DNA of 63,928 bases, the filler included, from Bigelowiella natans CCMP2755 (taxonomy: Eukaryota > Protista > Cercozoa), in NCBI GenBank assembly GCA_000320545.1. It is 5 parts of 5 records of this genome, joined end to end, with 100 filler letters (N's around TTAATTAATTAA, not from the genome) between each part and the next. Parts side by side here need not be neighbours in the genome. Positions count along the whole stretch, not along the records: positions 28,104 to 60,054 come from ADNK01002399.1; 4 more parts are not named here. One strand, written 5' to 3'. The translations under genes and the position numbers were made by a program. The notes under the pieces were generated by a model. That model was not told the origin of the DNA. It searched no databases and saw only the letters and a program-made list of their open reading frames with translations. Below, piece after piece: positions 39,561-52,728 of this stretch (position 1 is its first letter; every line of letters starts with the position of its first letter).

Positions 39561-40647
39561 TTCTCTCATGAACCGTGCTCTTTGTCTCTCATATCCTATA
39601 AAATACAAGCTCAATAGCAAACTACCGCCATATCCATAACAATTCTGTCTCTCGGGACGTTTAAAGGCCTGACAACGCACAACGGAGACGTACGATATGA
39701 CGGTGAGCTGCGCTGGAGAATGATACGGCTGCTACTCTATCTTTCAAAGAATCGAGCACAGACAGCTTTCTTGGAACATCATCACTAACTTGAAAGCGAT
39801 AGATAGAAACTTGTTGTTCTGCGCGTGTGCTGGCTGACCTTGGAAGAGCCTTCGGTTCCCACGGAGCAGCGGCAATGCTCTCGGATGGATATGTAGCTTG
39901 AGCGATACCGACAAAAAGAAAGAAAAAGGAAAAACGAGGTTATTTCTGTGATTCGTCATCTGATAGCAACCGCTGCATTTGAAGATGTGCTAGTACATCG
40001 AGCTGAAAGGATTCTCCATTTCATGCAGTTGGAAAAAAAAAAATACATAGCATCTTGAGGAATGTATTTACACAATCGACGTCCCTCTAAACTCCAGACG
40101 AAAAGATCATCTCTGTTTTTCTTTGCTCGAGTAATAAACTAATACCAGAGAGGTATAATCCTAAGCTGGTAAGTCCGATGTTGTTCATAAAGCCGCGCCG
40201 TCTCCTTTCTGTGACGATCGACTCCGCTAGGTGTTTGGCATTGGTTGCGCGCGCAGCCGAACCCTCCTTTGTACATAAAACAAGGGAAAATCGCGCTTAC
40301 TTCGGCTGCACAAGCAACGTCAATCTAGGTGTTATCAGCACGGTATAGGAGAGGAGTTAACCGGCTGTTGAGCTCTAGCGAAAACCGAGCGTCTGCCGTG
40401 AAACAACGCAGTACAGCAGACAAAAAGAATGTCACCCATATGCCCTGCGTGTAAACTGTATAACCCCCGCCAGTGGATTCGCGGGGTTTGGCACGCCATC
40501 GTAGGTCGCTATTCGCAAGTTTCAATGTAAATTTCATTTTGTTTCCTACCTGAGACGCAAGACCGGCTTGGCGCACAGAGGTGCGGCGGAGAGCAGCAAA
40601 AGCGACGAAAGCAAGAACACCGCCCTCAACATAGCACTGGCGGCCAT
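35547..40647 (-). CDS. Conserved algal/plant plastid protein of unknown function, multi-exon, with signal peptide and putative twin-arginine motif
   Basis: MAASAMLRAVFLLSSLLLLSAAPLCA signal; ERRRRGFMNNIG; YDVTDLLDICPMDDFQTQF; GDLSDPQYFDFIS; NNFEAKVLQAFLRRC|GVNSRY. These are motifs I recall from an uncharacterised chloroplast family. Confidence 0.65.
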
Positions 40648-41184
40648 TGCCCTGACAGCTCCTTTAGGCTATAGGTCTAGTCTGGTCAAGGCTTGCGAAG
40701 TGCAATGGCTACGTGGCTACCACGGGGGAAGGGGGGTGGCCGAGTTGTTGCGAGTTGTTTTCCGAAAATATGTGTTCAAGAGAACATTTTAACCGAGAAA
40801 CATCCGAAATTTAACCTAACTGTAAAAATGCCTAAAAAAAATTAAAAAAACAAAATTTTGACGGCGACACAGCTGAAATAACGGAAATGCCTGAAAGGAT
40901 CGATACTCTCCTAGAAAAATACGCCGAAAACATGCGAAAATCGCTTTGCCCCGCTGTTAAAATCTACCTGCGACAGAAAAAATCCTTTGTCGCATCTTCC
41001 CTTACATCATCAATCAACCGTTTTTTTAGGAAATGTTCGGCCTGTTGTTCTTTCGAGGTGTTCGCGTGTTTGAATTCAAATTTCGGAACATGCTGCAACG
41101 CCATCCCCGATCGCTCGTAGCCTTTCTTCTCCTCGTCTCTTCGCACGGTTTCCGTCGCAGGAGGAGGTTGTCTCTTCATCTACC

Positions 41185-43148
41185 ATGGATTTTGATTCTG
41201 CGATTGAGGAGGGGAAGTGAAGAGAACGAGTGACCGGAACGAAGAGATTAAAGTTATTTTTGTTTTTTCTTCAGCACGTTCAACGGTACTCTGGAGGCTT
41301 CAACATCGGGCTGGCCTTTATTCACCTACGTTGCAGATGGTATGTATGCACGCCTCGAGATTCATGTAATCATGTACAAAGTTTCTAATGTGCGAGCTTG
41401 CACGCGAAACTCGTGTCCCCACAAGAACACAAACTAACTTAGTCTGACTAACAGACATCACCAAGGCCTTCTGCGACCGGATGATCAAATACGTGAAATC
41501 GGATGGCTCTGCGCACTGTCACAGCAAAAAAATTGTAATCCCCACCGTAGACGCCGAGCTCAAGAAGTTTGCTTCAGGCTACACGAGCACCTCCCAGGAG
41601 TGCTATACCCATCTAAATACCTTCGTTTGCAGCGAGCTATCCGACGAAAAAAATAAAAAATGCCTGTCTTACCTGCCTAGTTTTCTCCTGGCTTTGGATG
41701 TTGCTCACCCTTTCGATCCGAAGAAGATGAAATGCAGTCGAAACTGGAGCCCGGATTCCCCCCCCAGCCTCAACATCTTGCGTGCTTCCCAGTTTGCGAG
41801 CCACTTCGGGGCTGTGGAGATGCTGAAGATGCAGAGGACAATCACGACACCTTTCACTGTGGAGAAGAGCGCGTATCGTCCGGACTTTGAAAAGGCGTGC
41901 GATTTTGGCGAAGAGGCCGTGACCGCGCGTGCTGTGGTGAAGAACGTTGACACGATGGTGATTTTCAGCACAGAAGACTCATAAACGCACGCACAATCAT
42001 ACTCATTCAACGACTACGATGACGATGATGAAGATGGTGATGCTTTTCTACAGAATATGGAAATGGACCCGAGTACATGCCTGCCTGACCTGTGATAAGA
42101 TGCGCCTTTTCCTCTGAACTGAATTGTTCTTTCCTTATTTGCACCGTCACCATCAGGTGGATCTCTATCGTAACAAGATTCGGCTGTTTCGAAAAACCTT
42201 CCAGAGCATAATTCCGCAGCTCGTCGAAGGGAGAACATCCGATCTCAATGCAACAAACACGAAGGTGCGGGGTGTGCCGAAGTACTTTCCGCTGATACCT
42301 GCAGTGTTTCTCAATGTGTGTATTGAAAATAATGGCTCTCCTGTTGTGCAGGTAAGCCTCCCTTTGAAGACAGCGTTGACCTCGGTGGCAGTCGCAACAC
42401 TTGCGGGAGCTTCTCTTATTCCACCTGTTGGCGCTGTTGTGCTAGGTCTAGGAATCTTCTCTCTAGCCCACGGAGGATGGGCCTACTACCGCTCTCCCAT
42501 GCGAAATCTAAGGGGGAAAGCTGCCAATGTGCAATTATGGTTCAAAACTCAAACCAAAGCGCTGCAACTAAGCTTTCTGCCGGATAAAAGGCCGAAGAAC
42601 CAATCCTCAGTGGAGATCGTCACTCCTGATGACGTAGCGGTATTTCTCGAGAAAATGACAACCGCTGCAGAGGCCGCACGACAGTGGTAAGACTGTGATC
42701 AAAACCGAATGAGGAGGGCGGCTCACGATTCACTCGCACCGTGGGATGTTGTCGAAACTCAGAGAAATGAATGTCATATTTCAGGGTGAAGACGCACAAG
42801 AGCGAGAATAGACAGTGCAGAGATCAAGCGTTTCGTCATCCTCCATTCGAGCCTGATCACGTGGACGACCGCACTTATCACAATGAGTGCTATGATTGTA
42901 GAGACAGCGCAAAAAAGCTCTCAAATAAGGTCACTTACCATTGTCGTTGATTCGTTGACAACATCATCATCATTATCATCATCATCATCATCATCGTTCG
43001 GTATCATTCACGATCATATTCTGATATGTGTCCTTTGGAGCTTATGACATGAATCGTCGAGGCCTTTCCTCAAATTTTATTCGCAGTCCTTTAGAACCAA
43101 AAATTACTGTTTGCTCTGGACAATTTTTCTTTCAGATTGGAGGAAAAA

Positions 43149-43182
<34 letters not shown>

Positions 43183-44310
43183 TTACATAATCACTAACAT
43201 GTTCTATGGCCATATTCTGATGTGCGTCATTTTGTTGACATTAGGTGGCGCAGCTGATCTATTGGTATAGCATGAAACTTCACGAAATCAAGGTCATGCT
43301 GATGAATCTTATGGCTGACGTGATCTACCAAAGCCATGAGAAATCTAAGATGGAACGATTGCTGGATGGATTCAACGTGGCCATGAGTTTGGGAAGCGTA
43401 GTTATTGGAGGCGTTGACGGCGTTATGCATATGGACAAGATCATCGGTTCTTTCAATGATGGCTTGTATTCAGCTGATACGTCAGGAGACCTAGCAGTGA
43501 GTCAATAATTGAGTTCTCCTTTTCAAAACCAACGCGGTTTCCACGACACTTTCCTCCTACGTCTCTAAAAATGCTTATAAGGGCGATGATAGATACTATA
43601 TGTATATATCGTTCGTGAATCTCATCACTACTTCTCTTGTCATGTTACCTGTAATAAAAACAGGCGGTGGCAAACATTGGAAACGGGGTGGGAGACGTTG
43701 CCAATGCTAGCCGAAAGGTCGCTACAGGCGCCTACGAAGCATACGTTATGAAGTGGATGGTGGAGGACGAAATAGCTCGCGGACAAAACAAGCAACGAAG
43801 AGGCGGAGACAATGAGAGGATCCGTAGGCTTCCAACCAGCGCTTTCAAGAAAATGGACACGCTTGTTGACGGCCAGGTGATGAGGCATAATCGCTAGATA
43901 TTTGATGGGAATGAACCACGAAAAATATTTAAAAAACAACAACAAATTACTCGGAAGGTGCTGTTTTCTTCGAATTTATGATTTTTAATCTGGCACTAAA
44001 CAAAGTATCCTTTGATGTAAGAGCTTGTGAAAATGCTTCCCAGACATTGAACTGTAGAGATGTAACCGATGATTGCCCTTACACCCTCTGCCATGCCCGT
44101 GCGAGAAGCCATAATTTCGCATCCTCGCGCTCCGTGTGTGCGCCCCTCATGCCAGCAACACTTTCATTCACTCAGGAAAATGTCGAAGACTTAAAGGATA
44201 AAATTATCAGCAACATGGCGGAGGCTTATGTTCAGCAGGTAGCTCCACGGGGGGCGGCAGCATCGAAAGTGAAATTTAAAGAGTTGGAAGTGCCCGATTC
44301 GATCAAGTAG
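41185..44310 (+). CDS. Multi-exon hypothetical protein with Gly/Ala-rich hydrophobic segments
   Basis: Long exons at 41456-41950, 42155-42686, 43246-43498, 43663-43875 and 44175-44310 with GT-AG boundaries; start uncertain. Confidence 0.55.
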
Positions 44311-44611
44311 TGTCACTATGGCAAACGCAATCATGTCTGCATGCATTAGCAAGATGGAATGCAGCTCATTCATTCATCACATTCATCTCATGCCATGTTG
44401 AACATACATGCGCAGTGTTGCCAATCGTATCATGAATTGAAGCTAATGCAAATGCTAAATGCATGAATTCAAAAAATTGGTCAGATGAATAAGAAACTTG
44501 GCGCATCAATCAATAATCAAGTCATCAAGTGGCCGCTCACTATGCACGCTTGTGCGTAACAATGTGGACTATTTGAGACCGTGCAATGTGTCTTGATTAT
44601 AGACATGTAAT

Positions 44612-44655
<44 letters not shown>

Positions 44656-45283
44656 GCTATTACTGTGTCTTATTGAATTTGCATTGTTCATCCATCAATC
44701 CACGATGGCATGTGTCGTCGACAAGCGACTGTCTAGCCGCCGATGTGGCTGCAACGCCACGGCGTCAGCTGCTCTGATTTTGCTGAAAGAAAGCAAACAA
44801 ACAAATGAACGCGATGAAGAACTACATCAGCATTGAAAGTTTTTCAATGGACAATGAACACAGAACAAAGCATTGACACAAAACTGCATGAGCTCCAAGC
44901 GAACAAGCTGGCAAGCTTCCAAGGAACGAATCGCCGAACAAAAGGGTTTCCGAAAAACGAGCAAGGTGCGTCACCACCTTCATTTTTTCTGGGAGAACAA
45001 TGTACAAATGAATGAAACAAGCACAGTTTTGTCCAAAAAATTCATGATGTTTCACATGTTGGGGGTTAGATCTAGTTGGAGCGTTTCTTTGTTTGTGTCC
45101 ACTGCACCGTTTCTCAAAAACCGCGATGAAACGCATCAGTCGCCAGGGCTGTGCGCAAAACGGTTCCCAAAGAATGAAATTGGCCCCATTTTTTGCAAGG
45201 AAACAGGGAGCAGTGGACAAATTTGTGGCTCAACGGCAGGATTTTTTTTTTCCAGAAGAACGTTTTGTGAAGAGCATTTGTCA

Positions 45284-45556
45284 GGGGCTGGGCCTTGGGC
45301 GTTTCTTCGTTTGTGTAACTGCGGGATGATCAACGGCAAAACTTCCCGGAAAGTGTGCCGTTTTGGTGGGCATTTCATCGGAGCTGCCTGCATCACAGCT
45401 CTAAGCGCCATTCGTCACTCACAAAACGGGAACTGGGGCTTGGTCGTTTCTTCGAATGTGTAACTGCAAAAATGATCAACGGCAAAACTTCGCAGAAACC
45501 CTGCCATTCGAATGGATTTTTGGCTAGAAAGCGCACGCATTTCAGCTCTAAGCGCG
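45284..45556. repeat. Degenerate tandem repeat, period ~145 bp
   Basis: CGTTTCTTCG..TGTGTAACTGC..ATGATCAACGGCAAAACTTC..CAGCTCTAAGCGC occurs twice; weaker third copy near 45075. Confidence 0.8.
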
Positions 45557-45815
45557 ATTGCCGCCGCGAAGATACGTGTTTCTCCCGACAACAAAGTGAC
45601 CAAGCTTAACGCACAAATCAAACATGCCAGTAGGAAATTTTGCCGAGAAACCGCGAATTCTTCGTTGTCGCTCATAGAAAATGCCTAAGACTTTCTCCTC
45701 TCTCGGATGCCTCACGCCCTCTTCGGAGCCAGAAGAAACTCGCATCTAGCAAGAACGTTCTGCTCGTGGCTTTTCCTGAGGCCGGTCAGGGCAGAGGCCA
45801 CAATTCGAACCAGCT

Positions 45816-47521
45816 ATGGTCGCCTCTTCGATCACTAACGAGACTGACGTGAAGGATGTCGTTCGCGTGAGGCAGCGAAAAAGGCACGCTCGTATCGTGC
45901 GAATTCAGATAAAGAAAGGCTGGGCTCTGGATCAGATCAAGCTGACCTACGACGACGGAAACACTGCGATTCACGGATGCGATGGCGGAAAGTTGGACCC
46001 TCGGATTCTACGCCTGGCTAAAGGCGAGTGCATTGTGGAAGTGGCGCATGAAAAGTTCCAAAATCTTCGGTATGCAGGCGCTGGGATCGAGTTTACAACC
46101 AACCTCGGCAGGACTGTCAAGTATTATGCGAAGGTAAGACGTTTCCCATGCATTTCGTTTCTTCTTTTATTTCTTTCCTTCTCTTGGCTGCTCTCAATTC
46201 GTGCTTGTGTGCTTGCTTTGGCTCACTTCTATTGGTCTAACTGTTTGGCTTCGTTCTGGTCTAAATCCCTAACCAGTGCGCTTGCCGGCTGTCTGGAGAC
46301 ATCGTTCGAATGAAGGCTCAGCCTGGGAATCAAATTTACGGGCTCGACATACAAGAGGGAGTGCTTTGCGGTATCTTACAGCAGCGAGCACCTAGCTTGA
46401 AAAATGTAGGCAGACCTGCCTGCTTGGACGCCTGGTGGGTCGTTTCCTCATTTGATGCTAAGGAGGAGCAAGACGGTGATAAAAATGGCGGCAAACGTAC
46501 GAATGTCACGCACAAGCACTTTTTTGATAGCGGGAAAGCTAGGACCGCGATGAAAGCAGCTTCCTTGCGCGCAGGCAAAAAGACAGGGAGGGCAGCTGTG
46601 CTCATAGATGCCAAGGCCTACAAGGTCGTATGGAAGGTAGGAGACCCTTCCAGCGTGGAGCAATGCGTTATCGATGCTGAGGAAAACGGCTGGTGCTTTG
46701 CCAAGCTGTCAGAGAAGCCGACGATGTTTGCGACGATGAAGATGCTGATGGTTTTGTTGGTGAATCTCAATGAGTACGGGGATGTCCGCAGGGACTTGCT
46801 GAACATGCTCTTTGTGCTGCTCTGCCTCCTTGCGCGGAACGTTTTAAAAGTCAATGCTGCTGTGCTCAGAGGACAGGTGATGACGATTTTCGATCGGCAG
46901 AACCTGGTTGAAGTGCGGTCAAACTGGATGGTCCGGAGCACTTGCAGCGCGCTGTCTCTCTCATGCGATGATGCCTCGTACCAACGGCCGACTCTCATGG
47001 CCCTCCTCACAGCCTTCCTCGTGGCTAAGATGATGGAAAGGCTGATGTTCGCGCTCGATGTGTACGTTCACCACAACGCTTGCGATCGAAAGCATCAAGA
47101 GCTCCATATGTTGTCATTCAGGGTCATCCTGGGACTTGACCAATCGTACTTTGACGTTCACTCCAAGAACGACATAATATCCGCTTCCCGTCCTCACGGG
47201 CTCAACGACCTAATCACGTGGCTTGGGCCTCGTTTATTCACCGGATTCATCGAAATGATCTCGACTGCGGCGATGATGTTTGCAATCAGCCCACTCACGA
47301 CGCTCATCGTCCTCATTGGCTATTTCGTCATCCATTTCGCGGCCTTAAAACCATTGGAAACGTATCAAAAGAAGGTGGGAAAGCAGCAGCGGAAGAGGGA
47401 GAGGCGCGCAGAGTTGATTCAGGTACACGTGGATCGAAACCATACCGTCACAAACTTTCTAACCTCTTATTTCTATCCGAGCGTCTCTTTCGAGTGTGAT
47501 TGCAGGTTTTCTCTCATCGCT

Positions 47522-47587
<66 letters not shown>

Positions 47588-49056
47588 TCTAATGTCTCTC
47601 ACTGCTGCTATTGCTGTTGTCATACGAAAGGGTGAAGGAGTAAGCATGACCGACACCATGAGGCTTTTCAGCCAAGAGAAGTTCCACATCAGTGAATACT
47701 GCAAGGCTCGCGAAGACGTCAAGAAGGGCATTGACCTCGTCGTCAAATGCCGTGTCGCCAAAGAGTAAGTACACAACATCCACAGCCCGCGGTCCATAAT
47801 CACTACTATGCGTATAAGCGAAGATAGGACTGCAACCGAGAAACGCATAGCCAGAGCGCATCGAAACATGCTCGAGGCACTCATTGATCCATCTATTTTG
47901 ACGGGGTAGGTACATCCAAGGCACCTTCGAATCCGTGTTAACCGTAGCGGTGCTCAGCTTCCTCGTTCTTGGTTTCAACGACAACGGCAACGACGCCAAA
48001 GGAGGGGGAGAAGGAGGAGCTGCAGCAGCAGTGCAGATGCTCAGCTCTGGGTCCCTTGCAGGCTTCTTGATTCTCTTCGGAAACCTCCAAGAGCACATCA
48101 ATCACACTACCTGGGTGTACGAGCACGCCTTCCGCCAGCTCCCCGACGTCGAGCGGTTTGTGGACCTGCTCAAGGCCGAGCCCAAAGTCGTCAGCGGGCG
48201 GAAACAGATCTCCTTTTCCAAAACCAATCACGACGGGGCCGCAGCAGCGGAGGTCGCCGACGGGGAGATCGAGTTCAAAAACGTGACCTTCCGCTACCCA
48301 GCGCGGCCAGGCCAAGCGGTGCTCAAGGGGCTCAACCTGCGGTTCCAACCCAGAAAGATCACGGCAATCGTCGGGGAGTCCGGCGCAGGCAAGTCTACAA
48401 TCGCCAAGCTGCTGATGCGTGTGTACGATCCCTGCGACGGAGCGGTGTCCATCGACGGGGTTGACTTTCGAGAGATTGATCTAGAGAGTCTCCACAACGT
48501 CATCAGCATCGTCAATCAGAACCCGACTCTCTTTGACCGCTCGCTGCTCATGAACATAAAGTATGGCTCTCCAGTAGAGCCTGCTGTAGCGGCGAGGGGC
48601 GGGAACTCTGAAGAGACGGGGGAAGGGGCCTCAGCGAGTGCATCGTCAGTGAGCATCGAGCAAGCCGTTCGAATGTCCAACTGCGAGTTCATCAATCGAT
48701 TTCACGGCGGTCTGAGGACCGCAGCAGGTGCTCTTGGCAAACAGCTTTCCGGAGGGCAGAAGCAGCGAATCGCCATCGCTCGAGCTGCAATGCGCGACCC
48801 GAGGGTTCTCATTCTCGACGAGGCCACGTCGGCGTTGGACACGAAGAACGAGCAAGTTGTCCAAGCGGCGCTTGAGAAGCTAATGAAGGGTCGGACGATC
48901 ATCATCATCGCACACCGACTTAGCACGATTAAAAACGCACATGAGATCGTGTGCATGAGAGACGGGCGCGTGGCTGAGCAGGGAACCCATGACGAGCTGA
49001 TGAAGCAGAAGGGGCATTACTACGGTCTCATTAGAAGACAGGTATTTTCGAAATAA
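45816..49056 (+). CDS. ABCB-type half transporter with N-terminal jacalin-like lectin domain; 4 exons
   Basis: Exon 1 GWALDQIKLTYDDG..HGCDGG..GECIVEV..GIEFTTNLGR; TMD LDQSYFD; NBD IEFKNVTFRYPARP, GESGAGKST, LSGGQKQRIAIARA, LILDEATSALD, IAHRLSTI. Confidence 0.88.
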
Positions 49057-49733
49057 AACGACGTCAATATATGCTATATGTTTGTTCGTCGCCTGCTAGC
49101 GCGCTCATATAATATTACTTTTCAACGCAAATAATTTGTATATAAACTCACGCACGACAATGCTAGTCTTGACAATGTATGGTATGCATAGTGGCGAGAA
49201 TGTGTACAAATCAGGCTAGCAGGGCATTGACTGAGCTGAATACATGTGTGCCTTATATAAGACCGCTTGTTATGGCTTGTATGATCATAATAACAGATAC
49301 TAAGTAGTATTGAATAATATGTGTTGCAATGCGCGCTCTACATGTGTTCGTATGTACTACTTCATTCCAAAGAGGCTGCCTTTGCTACTTATATTCATGC
49401 AGCTTAACAGGCCTTTAGCACTAGCATATAGTTTCATGCAGATGTCTAAATGTACAAATATGAACAATGGTGGTGATACTCACGTACACACGCACATCGT
49501 GCATGTATTGTTGCATGGTAAAATATCGTCTGCCTTGCTAAGATGCTTCTGCTACATTCACATGCATGGTCGGAATTTCTTCTCACACTCGCAGATTTGG
49601 TACTGGTTTGACACTGCCGGCACCTGCACATTATGCATTAGCACTCCCTCCACACAGCTACAAATACATTGTTGTATGTTGTACATGCACTGCTGTGCTC
49701 TAATGCATGCCAGAGCCAATTAACGGCGCTACG

Positions 49734-50495
49734 CTATATAAGATCCTCTATGTCATGCAGATGGCAACTAGGTCTAGTTTCGCACTCGGAACAAGACTTC
49801 CCACAAGGCATCTTCTCTCCCTTTTTCATCTGTGCTTTGATCCGCGGCCTCAATGCCTTCCACCGTGAGCTCAGCGTATTCTCGTTCCACGTGCTCTCAG
49901 GGGCCTTGAATAGCCCGGGATGTTTCGCGCGAAGAATCTTCACTTTTTCCGTCCATTCATCATCATCTCCTGTCGCTGCCATCACCTCTACTATTGCGCG
50001 ATCAACGGGCTCGAGGTCCCCGAAGTCTTCGGCGCACTTCTTCGCCAGATCTACCTTGGAGTCGCACTCAGAGCCTTCCCCTGTTGCCTCGGCGCAATGG
50101 CCTTTCTTATTCTTGCTGACAGACCGATATTCCCTAGCTTTCTCCTGGCGCTTTGCAAGAGACTCAATGAGTTTCTCATCAAGGGCGGGGACGAGTTTAG
50201 CCCCAAGAGCCTGAAGTGACTGTTTCAGCTCTCCATCGTCTTCCAACTCCTCCACCACGTCACAGCCTCCAAAGAGCGTTCCATTCACCCACACCTTGTT
50301 ATGGCAAGTGGAATCGGTGTGTGTATCAAGCATACTCGTGCTGCTATGAAGCGCGGCTATAATACCTGTGGGAATGTGGGCCATTTTGCGCGTTTCTTCC
50401 AGAATTCTTGGAAATCCGCCTGTGTTTTCTGGATGTTGAAGACTTCGAAGTCGACGCCTGGAAACCGTTGGATCAGTCATGTAGCATACAACATG

Positions 50496-50535
<40 letters not shown>

Positions 50536-50908
50536 TTGTTTCTGTGTGCGTGTGATTGTGTGTATCATTTATATGCTGCTTCACATTGGACTGCATGATT
50601 TTCCTAAATGCAAAAAACAGTGACAGATCCAACCAATTCTGCTGAGAGCAAGAATAACGTCCAAGCTAAAGCCGCATTTCGGGTTCGACCTGGTACCCTG
50701 GAAGCAGGAAAAGTAGGAGATAACAATATCAGACTTTCATTTTTTCACCCCATGATCTGTGCAGAGCTGCCTGCTACATTTGGATGGAGGGATGATAGGC
50801 TCTATGAACGAATGTCTAAGACCTTTATTACGACGGTTACAGTGCCAATCTTCGTGTATTTGTCCATCCATCGTGTCCAGCCCTGATGTTGAGGATGATT
50901 ATAAAGAA

Positions 50909-50949
<41 letters not shown>

Positions 50950-50955
50950 TGTAGT

Positions 50956-50996
<41 letters not shown>

Positions 50997-52520
50997 GTGT
51001 GTGTGTGTGTTTTCTTTGTGTGCATGTTGTGTGCCTATTCTCTTGTTTTGCTTTCAGCAAAACCAAAGACGCGAAAAGAGAGTAAGCATCGTTTCTAATA
51101 ACGTAAGTATTTATCTATCACTGTAACCGCAAACGCACTTGAATTTTTGCTTCTTTGGAGATCTGAGGGACCCTCGCTTTGGTTTCCTTTCGACTGCCTT
51201 TCCCGCTATATGCACGCGAATACCTGGAAAAAGGGATATTTCAAAACGAATTTCCCTGTATTTGGTGTGCAAACATGGCATCGAGGCAGGAGAGAACTTG
51301 CAGACCAATCATGCAAATGATCCGCTGTCAGTTTTGAGTTTTCTTGCTTCTTGAGAAACCTGATAAGACGGTGATGTATCAACAACCTCAAAATACACGC
51401 ATGTAACATCAGCACGACCCCGCAAAGACGCACGCACACACATACACACACATACACACACACAATCGCGCGCGCACGCTCGCATATAAATCTATCATGA
51501 TACACGTACAAAACTCAAATATTCAGAAGACATTGGACAGTCCAAACACTGCATGCTCACATTCATGACTCACCTGTAGATCGATGATGTGATTTCGCTA
51601 GCATCTTCTTTGGCAAAATATTGACTGAACCACCCAACAACCTGCGACCTCGCGAAATGCTGTGGCTTTGCGGTTTCCTTGTCGATTTTCCTACTCCCAG
51701 ATTGCTCGTCTGCATCTTCATTCTTGGATGGCTCTCGTTTGGCTTCTAAATTTCGTGTCGTTCCACTGGCTTCTTTGCCGTCTCGAGATGGAAATAGGCC
51801 GCGTTTTGACGCAAGCTTAGCTGCAGTAACCTGATACGCATTGGCACGGTGCACCCGAGCACATTCAAAATTGATTATCGATTCTCTCTCCCCGTATCTC
51901 TCCTCTGATACTCATCGCCCATTACCGCTTTGAAGCACTGCATTCGGACGTACTCTCGGAAGAACGAATCAAACTTGACCAAGCCCTTTCAAAAGGCAAC
52001 ATGTTAGTAAATGTCGTGGCGTTAAGGACTAGAGCTCATCGCATCGGGCTGTTCTTTATTTATGGGGGTCACGAGGGAGTAGATTCGTGGGTATGAGCGG
52101 ATGCCTCACATATGTAAGGGAAGTATGTGCGAGTGCTTTACGCATGCAAAGGAAGGGGGTGGGGATTGGAAGAAGCATAGATAAATAGACAGAGAGTAGA
52201 GAGTAAAGAGACCTTATTCACGTCCGCATCACGCGAAAGATACTGTGACACATACTCCGAAGCACGTTTATCCGGTAGTCCTATCACGTGCATATGTCCG
52301 TAGTTAAGCGTTTTGTGCGAGCAACGTGCTTGAATGGAGTGCAAGATCAAGAGAGGAGGGGGGGAAATCAAAGAAAAGAAAAGAAGGAAGAAGAGGCAAA
52401 TAGATTTATGTAGCTACGTTTCTCCATTTTTTAAGAATAGAAAATTTACCGGCATTGATAAGCATTTTTTGCATTACAGGTCCTTCCACTCGTCTTCCTG
52501 GGCTTTCAGTGGCAAAGAAG

Positions 52521-52553
<33 letters not shown>

Positions 52554-52728
52554 AGGATGTACGATTACGATTACATGCAGAATACCACATAAGACAACTT
52601 TTGGTTTCGTACCTGTAAATCTTTCCTCCTTCATTTCTATACTTTGCCATTTCGTCTCGAAGTTTGGAGAGAGAGAAGGAGCCGAAGGCGTTTACCGGCC
52701 CTCCCATAGCTACATGAGACTCCTTCAT
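49734..52728 (-). CDS. Multi-domain protein with a CGFS monothiol glutaredoxin domain and Cys-rich C-terminus
   Basis: VVIK|GTRSNPKCGFS..|GVDFEVFNI..KWPTFPQ|VWVNGTLFGGCDVVEELEDDGEL; ends PCGKSCSECETRPSCHLHDIEDLI. N-terminal exons from 52728 are less certain. Confidence 0.8.

Noticed and set aside
28320-52728. Fe-S gene cluster (NBP35 plus CGFS glutaredoxin)
   Set aside because: 20 kb apart with unrelated genes between; no evidence of functional clustering.
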